From: Cyanophora paradoxa CCMP329
Lineage: Eukaryota > Plantae > Glaucophyta
Direction: 5' to 3'
Assembly (NCBI GenBank): GCA_004431415.1
Contig: QPMI01000411.1
Coordinates: 1 to 64,000 of the forward strand
Length of the DNA stretch: 64,000 bases
Position numbers and translations under genes: made by a program
Shown here: piece by piece, positions 57,690 through 64,000 of the stretch
Layout: every line of letters begins with the position of its first letter
Position numbering within the stretch: position 1 is the first letter of the stretch
The notes under the pieces: generated by a model
What the model saw: the letters and a program-made list of their open reading frames with translations, nothing else
Told to the model about the DNA's origin: nothing
The model's database searches: none

Positions 57690-60207
57690 TCATGCGCCGT
57701 AGAGGGCGGTGGACATGCGCGGCATCGGGGAGCGGGGCGGCGGCAGGCCCTTCGCCCCCAACTCCGCCTCCAGCGCCGCCTCCACGATCTGCACACGTGC
57801 ATGTACCCCCTCAGAACTCGAGCCGGCGGGTGGCGCGGCGCCAGGGAGAAGCTCGAGCGGGGCGCGCGCCTCGTGCCAGGAGGGCTCGCGACCGCCGAAG
57901 GCCCGCGCCCGGTCGGCGAGCTGGAGGGCGGCGATCTGCCTCAGGTCCCCCAGCGCCGCCTCCGTCTCCGCCTCCGACAGGCCCTTCTGCGGGGCCGAGG
58001 GTCGCCCCGGCGCGGCGCGGAGAAGAAGGGGTCGAGGGGGCGGGGCGCGCACGGCGTCAAGCTCGCCGCGGAAGAGGGCGGACTTCATGGGGGCCGCCTC
58101 CAGGCGCCACTTGAACGACTCGAGGTTCAGCCGGTCCGACAGGCTCTCCACCTTCGCCTCCTGCGCCCCCCCGCCCCGCTCAGCCCGCCCCGCCCTAAGA
58201 CTCGCCGCTTCCGCGCACCAGCCGCGCCCTCGCCCGCTCCTCGACCAGCTGCCGCTCGTAGAGCGCCGCCATCAGCTTCCGGCCTGCCGGCGCCGGCCGA
58301 GTCAAGCGCGGCGGGGCGAGGGGAAGGCTCGGGGCGCGCCCTCCTCGGTGTTGGGGTCCTGGGCGAGGCGCTCGCGCAGGGCGGCAACCTCGGCCTTGAG
58401 CGCGTCCATCGCCTTCTCGCTCTCCTCCACCCGCCGCCGCAGCAGCTCCGCCGCCGCCGCCGCCTCCGCCGCCGTCGCCTCCCGCACCGCCGCCCCGCCC
58501 CCCGCCGCCCCGCCGGCCTCCCCCGCTGCGCAGGAGGCTCAGCTCGCTCGCGCAAGCGGCAGAGGTTGGAGAGTGGGGCACCGGGGGCGCCGAGGTCGAG
58601 GAGGGCGACCTCGAAGCGCCGGGCGCCGCCGAGCACCACGGCGCACAGGCGGCCGCCCACGGGGGCCAGCGTCCCGCTGCACCCCGCCAGCTCCTCCCGC
58701 CTCTGCAGCCGCCCGCTGGCCCCCGCCTTCTCCCACCGCACCGGCTCTGCGCGCCCCGCTCAGCGCGACGCTTCGGCGCTCCACTCGGGTTCGGGGCGGG
58801 GCGCGCCGGTGAGCATGACCCAGAGGGGGTCGGAGGCCTCCGGGTCGAACGCGACGAGGTCCGGCGACCGCAGCCCCGTGCCCACCGCCCAGTGGTACGC
58901 TGTCCCCGCCCGCTCGGGCCACGCCCCGCGTCCCCCCGCGGGGGCCGGAGGCGCGACGGGCAGGGCACCTCTCCTGCTGGGGCCCGGCGAGCGGGAGGGG
59001 TGCTTGGTCCACACCATGGCGTCCGTGGGGAGCGTGCTGCGGAGGGGCGCGGTGGGCCCGGGGCCGAAGAGGAGCGACCGGGCGGCTGGGAGCCTGCACC
59101 TGAGGGAGTACACGGAGCGCTTGAGGCGCATGCCACTGCGCCCGCCGAAGACAAAGAGCTGGTCCCGAACCTGCGGCCGGCCGCTCTCAGGGCGCCCCGG
59201 GAGGCGGGGCCGCGCGGGCTCCGGCTCCGGGCGCGAGGCTCGCCAGCGTGGCGGTGTGGCCGTGCCGCGGAGTGATGCCCTGGCCCGACGTCTTCGCCTT
59301 GGTCCATCGCAGCGTCTCTGGCCGGGCCCGTACGATTGGAGAAGGCAAACGGGGGTACGGGCATCGGGGGGAGGGGGGTGAAGAGGAGGGGGGTTTCAAG
59401 CTGGCGGACCGACGTCGAGGAGGTAGACGTCGGAGAGGCCGCGGCTGCGGTGCCTGAGGTCGGGGCGCCCGCCGAACACCAGGATGCGCTTCGACGCCGG
59501 GAGGTACGTCGCCGTGTGCCCCAGCAGCGGCGGCGGGCTGTCCGCCGCCGTGCTGCGTGCGCGGCGTTGGCCGCACGGCGGGAGCCCGCGCCCCGAGGAG
59601 CGGGAGATCGCTACCTCCCCTTGACGTCAGGCGCCGACCACTCCATCGTCTCTGCGCCCGCCTCAGCGGCGGACGGCGCCGCGGGGTGGGGGGCTCGGCT
59701 GGCTGCTCGCGAACACACCCGTGTTGAGCAGCATCACGTCGTTGAAGCAGGCCTGCATGTCTGCCAGGCGCCGCCGTCGCCGCTCGAACGTCAGGAAGTG
59801 GCGGCGGGGGCTCGCCGGGTGCGCGCCGCACCGGTTCCGCCGATGACGAAGAGCGTCTTGTTGACGAGCGTGGCCGTGTGGTACGCCCGCGCGTGGACCT
59901 CTCCGTGCACGGTTGGCTCGTACCACCGCATCGTCTCTGCGGCGCCGGCGGCGCTCGGGACTTGGTCGCACTTGCGGGGCCAGCGCACTTGCTCGCACCT
60001 AGATCGAGCACGGACACAGTGCTGCTCGCTTGAGTGCCATCGTGGCCCCCGAAAACGATCAGGCGCGTCCCAACGAGCGTCGCTGGAAGGGCGGCGCTCA
60101 GCCGCGCTCAGCCGCGCTCAGCGCGCAATGAGGGGGGCCAAAGCACCGGTGTGGTTTGATAAGAGGCTGGGAAGTGACCCTCGTATTGTCGGCTGAAGCC
60201 ACTGCAT
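57690..60207 (-). CDS. Kelch-repeat protein with C-terminal coiled coil
   Basis: Repeated HTATL...VFGG...W blades (NHTATLVGTRLIVFGGHDG, RAYHTATLVNKTLFVIGG, PRHGHTATL). TGTAA downstream at ~57650. Confidence 0.85.
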
Positions 60208-60409
60208 AGGGAGGCCGTTGATGCAGGAGCCGAAATCAGGTCAGGTGCAGGTTCTGGCAGCTGATGCAGGTAGCGTATAGCGCAGCTCGCCACGGTAGAT
60301 CCAACGGCTGCGATGCTGAGAGATCTAGACCTAGACGTGCCCGGCGCCCGGGCGCCCGGCGCCGTTGAAGCGGGGTACAAGGAGGACGATAGAACGGGGT
60401 AGGGATTTG

Positions 60410-60760
60410 CGCCGTTTCACTAATTATAATTATATAACGGCCTCTAGTAGTTCTGTACCCACATTGCAATTTGCAAGCTTGGGGTCACCGACTCACCGTG
60501 AGTCACGCGTACGGTGACACCGTTCCGATCCGTTCGAATCGGCCGGCCGCGTTCTCGCGAGCTTTATAATATAATTAATTGAAACTTGTATATATGTACG
60601 TTTTGTATATATACAGCTAGCTAGCTAGCTATATATGCGCTATATATAGCGCTCCGAATTAATTTCAAGCTTAATAATCCGAATAAAACTATATAATCGT
60701 TGTTTTATATAATAAAATTATATGTAGAGCAAAAAGAACAGATCGACCAATTTGCCGGAC
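60410..60760. promoter_or_regulatory. AT-rich region between the divergent Kelch and TmcB-like genes; probable bidirectional promoter
   Basis: Sharp drop in GC with TATA-like runs; nested inverted repeat at 60484-60518. Confidence 0.45.
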
Positions 60761-61241
60761 CGAACGTGACGCGTTGATCATGATCAAGATTGCTCCCTCC
60801 CTCAAGTCTGTTGCAAATTGCTGCTGTCCTTCTGGGGTACCGCTAAGGACTGTGAGCGGACTGCGGCGAGCGAAGCGAAGACGCTAGGCGCGTCCTTGCT
60901 ATCTTAGGAGCGAGAGCGGCCTAGAGCGGCCCCCAGCATCAGCACGAGCATCGAAGGCGCGGCGTCCGCTGCTGCGGCGCTTCCAACACCCCAGCTGCGG
61001 TCCTTCCAACGCCGAACGCGGCGCGACACGGTCGGTGACGGCGTTGACCTAGTGCACTCTAGCTAGACAGCTCCCAGGGGACAGAGCGATCATGCTGAAA
61101 GCCTGGTACTCCGGCAATGCCATCAGCGCCTAATAAGCTTGCACGCCTTCAGCGGCACCGGCCAGCAGCGACACAGCTTTGGTTATAGACTGAGCTCTCT
61201 CTGGACCTTCCATATACGTCGGGCGGTCCCCGCATCAAAGA

Positions 61242-64000
61242 ATGGCGAAGGGGGACTATCTTGCGTCTATGTTCGAGGGGGCACAGACGACCAGGACGCG
61301 CGGGGGCGGCGCTCATGGATCGTCTGCACACGGCGTCGGGCCGGGACACGACAAGGAAAGCGGGGGGAAGTGGCGGCACATAGAGTCTGAGTACCTCTTT
61401 CCAGTGCGGCGCGGCGTCGCAGCGCGCCCGCAGCAGCGCCTCACAGAGTGTGCAGGTCCTGTACGCGCTCACAGAGAAACCTGCGAACCAAAGTTCCGCG
61501 TCTCGCCTTCTCGGACCGTGCGCACTGGCTGCACCTTTGCCTCGTCTCGCGCTCCGTCTGACGGGCGGCGCGCGTCCCCTCCCCGTCGCTCTCGGGCGCA
61601 GGGTCCTACTAATACCGGACTTCTTTCGTGCGCACGCGCGTCAGGATTGCTCTTTGTCGCACGCATGTCTCACGCCCGCGCAGAACTAGTAGCTCTGAAT
61701 TTCGCCCTCGATGGACCGACATGGTCCCCGTGAGCCCCCGCTTTCTTGACGCCGCTCTCATGATCGTCGACTGACGCATTGAATGACCGCCGCGCAGGAA
61801 ATTCATGTGCGGCATGCGCCCCCCCGTGCACGGTCGTTGCGTTTGTTTGCTCTCACTGATGCGTGCGTTCCGCGGTTGCCGCGCGCAGTGTAAACTGGAT
61901 AAATGGTGCACTCGAGATCCCGCCCTCCGCGCTTCCGATCTTCGCTCCCTCTGACACGCGCATCCCCCGCCGGTGGCCCCCGCAGACCTAGGCAACTTCT
62001 ACGGTGCGCGGCCGCGCGCCTCGGCGCTGACGGGCTCGGGCCTTCGAGCATGGCCTGACGCGCGTGCACCCACGCAGATGGCATTCTGGCGGACTCTGCG
62101 ACCATCTTCGCGATCCTCTTCTGGGGATCAGTCGTGCGCCCGAACGCCCCGCGCCCAGCCCTCCCGCTCGCCACCACTCAACCCGCCGCAGGTTCTCGTC
62201 ATCATCGCGCTGCTCGATACCTTTACAGTAGTTATTCTTTTCAAGGCGAGCGGTCCCCGCCCGCCCGCTCCCTCATCCGGGCCACGGACTGACGCCGCCG
62301 GTCGCCCCGCAGAGGCGTATGTACAATATCATATTTCCGGTGCGGGGACGGCGAGGGCGCGGGGGGCGTGGGGGAGGCGGCGGGGGGCTGAGGCGGGTGG
62401 CGCGGGGGCGGATGCGCAGGTGAAGATGCTGCGGGTGCTGGTGGCGACGCTCGTGGTGGGCTTCTACCTGCCCATCACGCAGTACCTCCTCTTCGGCGTC
62501 GACTGCATCATGAACGCCGACTCCCCCAAGTCCGCCCGGGGCCCCCCGCCCGCCCCTTCTCGCCGCCCTCGAGCTCGCGGGGCAGCATGGTGAAGATCCT
62601 GGCGGGGTCGACGTGCATGGAGAACCACTTCCTGATCATGGCGGCCCTCTCCACCGCCCTCCTCGTCCTCTTCGTCCCCTTCTGCTGCACCATGTCCCTC
62701 CTCGTGCGCCCCCGGACGCGGAGGCGGGGCACGGCGCCGGCCGGCCCTGACGGCCCGCGCGCGCGCGCCAGACCGTCGACATCGACCTCAAGTCCCGCGA
62801 CTACCTCGGCGCCCCGCACGGTGCGCCGAGGCCGCCCCGGCCGCCCCGGGGCGCAGGGCGGCGGCCGAGGCGGGGCGGGGCGGGGCGCAGGGCGGGTGGA
62901 GTTCCTGTACACGGTGGCGAGGACGGTGCTCGTGCTGCTCGTGCGGCTGGTCTCCGCCAAGAGCGCCGTCCTCGTCCCCGTCGCCCTCGCCATCTCCTCG
63001 GGGCTCCTCACCGTCTGCTACGGCGTCTTCCTCCGTGCGAGCGACGCCGACCCCGCTCCCCGCCGCCCTGCCCCCCCGACTCCGGGATCCCGCAGCGCAC
63101 TACGACCACCGGGTGAACAAGGCGCGCGCGGGGCTGATGGCCGTCTCCACGGGCTTCGCCATCTCGACGGTGATCCTGAACGGGGTCGGGGGGAGCGACT
63201 CGGTCTCGGACGGGGCGCACGACGCCATCTCGATGGCCCTCCTCGCCGCATCCGTCCTCGCCTTCTTCCCGGGCTACCTCCTGGCCCGCTGGCGCGTGCG
63301 CCGCCTGGAGGCGCTGCGCCGCAAGATGGAGGCGGCGATCAACTCGTCGGCGGACTGCGAGGACCGCTTCAGCGCCTACAAGCAGTTCAAGGACCCCTTC
63401 ATCATCGAGACGGACCTCGAGGCGAGCCCCCCGAGGGCAGAGGACCACCTCCTCCTGCCCTCCAGGGGTCTGACGTCGCCCGCGGCCCGCCGCAGGTCTC
63501 GACGCGCTTCATGCGGAAGAGCGGGAACCCGGACGAGGACCTGCCCGTGGCGGAGTCGCTGGTGCGGGCGGGGGTCGCGCAGTTCCCCACCTCGCAGATC
63601 GCCCGCATCGGCTTCTACAACTTCCTCGACGTCTTCAAGGAGGACCACGCCGCCGCCCTCGGCGAGCTCAAGAAGGCCGTCCTCATGAAGTCCCGCGTCC
63701 GCCCCGCCCGCCCCGCCAGCCCCTCGCTGGCGTTGCTGCTCGCTTAGCCCGCTTCGCCCCGCGCGCGCGCAGTTCGACACGCGCTTCATGCTCTTCGCGA
63801 TCAACATGCGGCGGCAGCAGACGGTGGCGGGGATGGGCCAGCTGAACCTCGTCGCCATGCTGGAGCTCGCGCGCGACTACAAGGAGGCCGTGCGGCAGCA
63901 CAACGAGGCGATCAAGCTCCTCCGCGACTTCTGGAAGTGGACCATCAAGACGCGCCTCCGCGACGCCGACACCGCCGGCAAGAAGCTCGACGTCATCGAC
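61242..64000 (+). CDS. TmcB/TmcC (tiny macrocysts)-like multi-pass membrane protein, 5' part; truncated by window end
   Basis: Multiple TM helices, then VSTRF, QFPTS, FDTRFMLF, LNLVAMLE and AIKLLRDFW, typical of the TmcB/C TPR-like region. Confidence 0.75.

Noticed and set aside
7295-64000. Hundreds of long Pro/Arg/Gly/Ala-rich ORFs in the ORF track, including antisense ones such as 50833-52764 and 57669-59381
   Set aside because: Expected from stop-codon scarcity at very high GC, intron read-through and antisense shadows of real exons.

Overview
Gene-dense, very GC-rich eukaryotic nuclear DNA. Genes are split by many short (~50-80 bp) spliceosomal introns, so most entries in the supplied ORF track are exon/intron read-through or antisense shadow ORFs. 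The organism is flagellated (DNAI2, a WDR19/IFT144-like gene). A plant-type LKR/SDH and a Phe-containing transit-peptide-like N-terminus suggest an archaeplastid alga, possibly a glaucophyte (inference only). Order: 5' part of a minus-strand LTR retroelement (151-bp LTR, tRNA-derived PBS, motif/hairpin array in the leader, frameshifted gag with CCHC knuckle, ~3 kb of unassigned ORFs running off the window); last exons of PPDK (+); DDX60-like helicase (-); AI-2E transporter (+); WDR62/MAPKBP1-like (+); DNAI2 (+); START-like protein (+); LKR/SDH (-); small ORF (+); truncated WDR19/IFT144 paralog (-); small membrane protein (+); two unknown genes; insulysin/IDE (-); MGAT4/GT54-like glycosyltransferase (-); Kelch protein (-); TmcB/C-like protein (+, partial). 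Most notable: a PBS whose spacing matches the 13-nt tRNA-Sec geometry, a ~37-nt periodic GUGUCCC+hairpin array in the element leader, pervasive GC-AG introns (several with self-complementary ends), a single-propeller IFT144 paralog, and chained TGATG uORFs before a presequence-like IDE start. All gene calls come from motif recognition by eye; no database searches were run.
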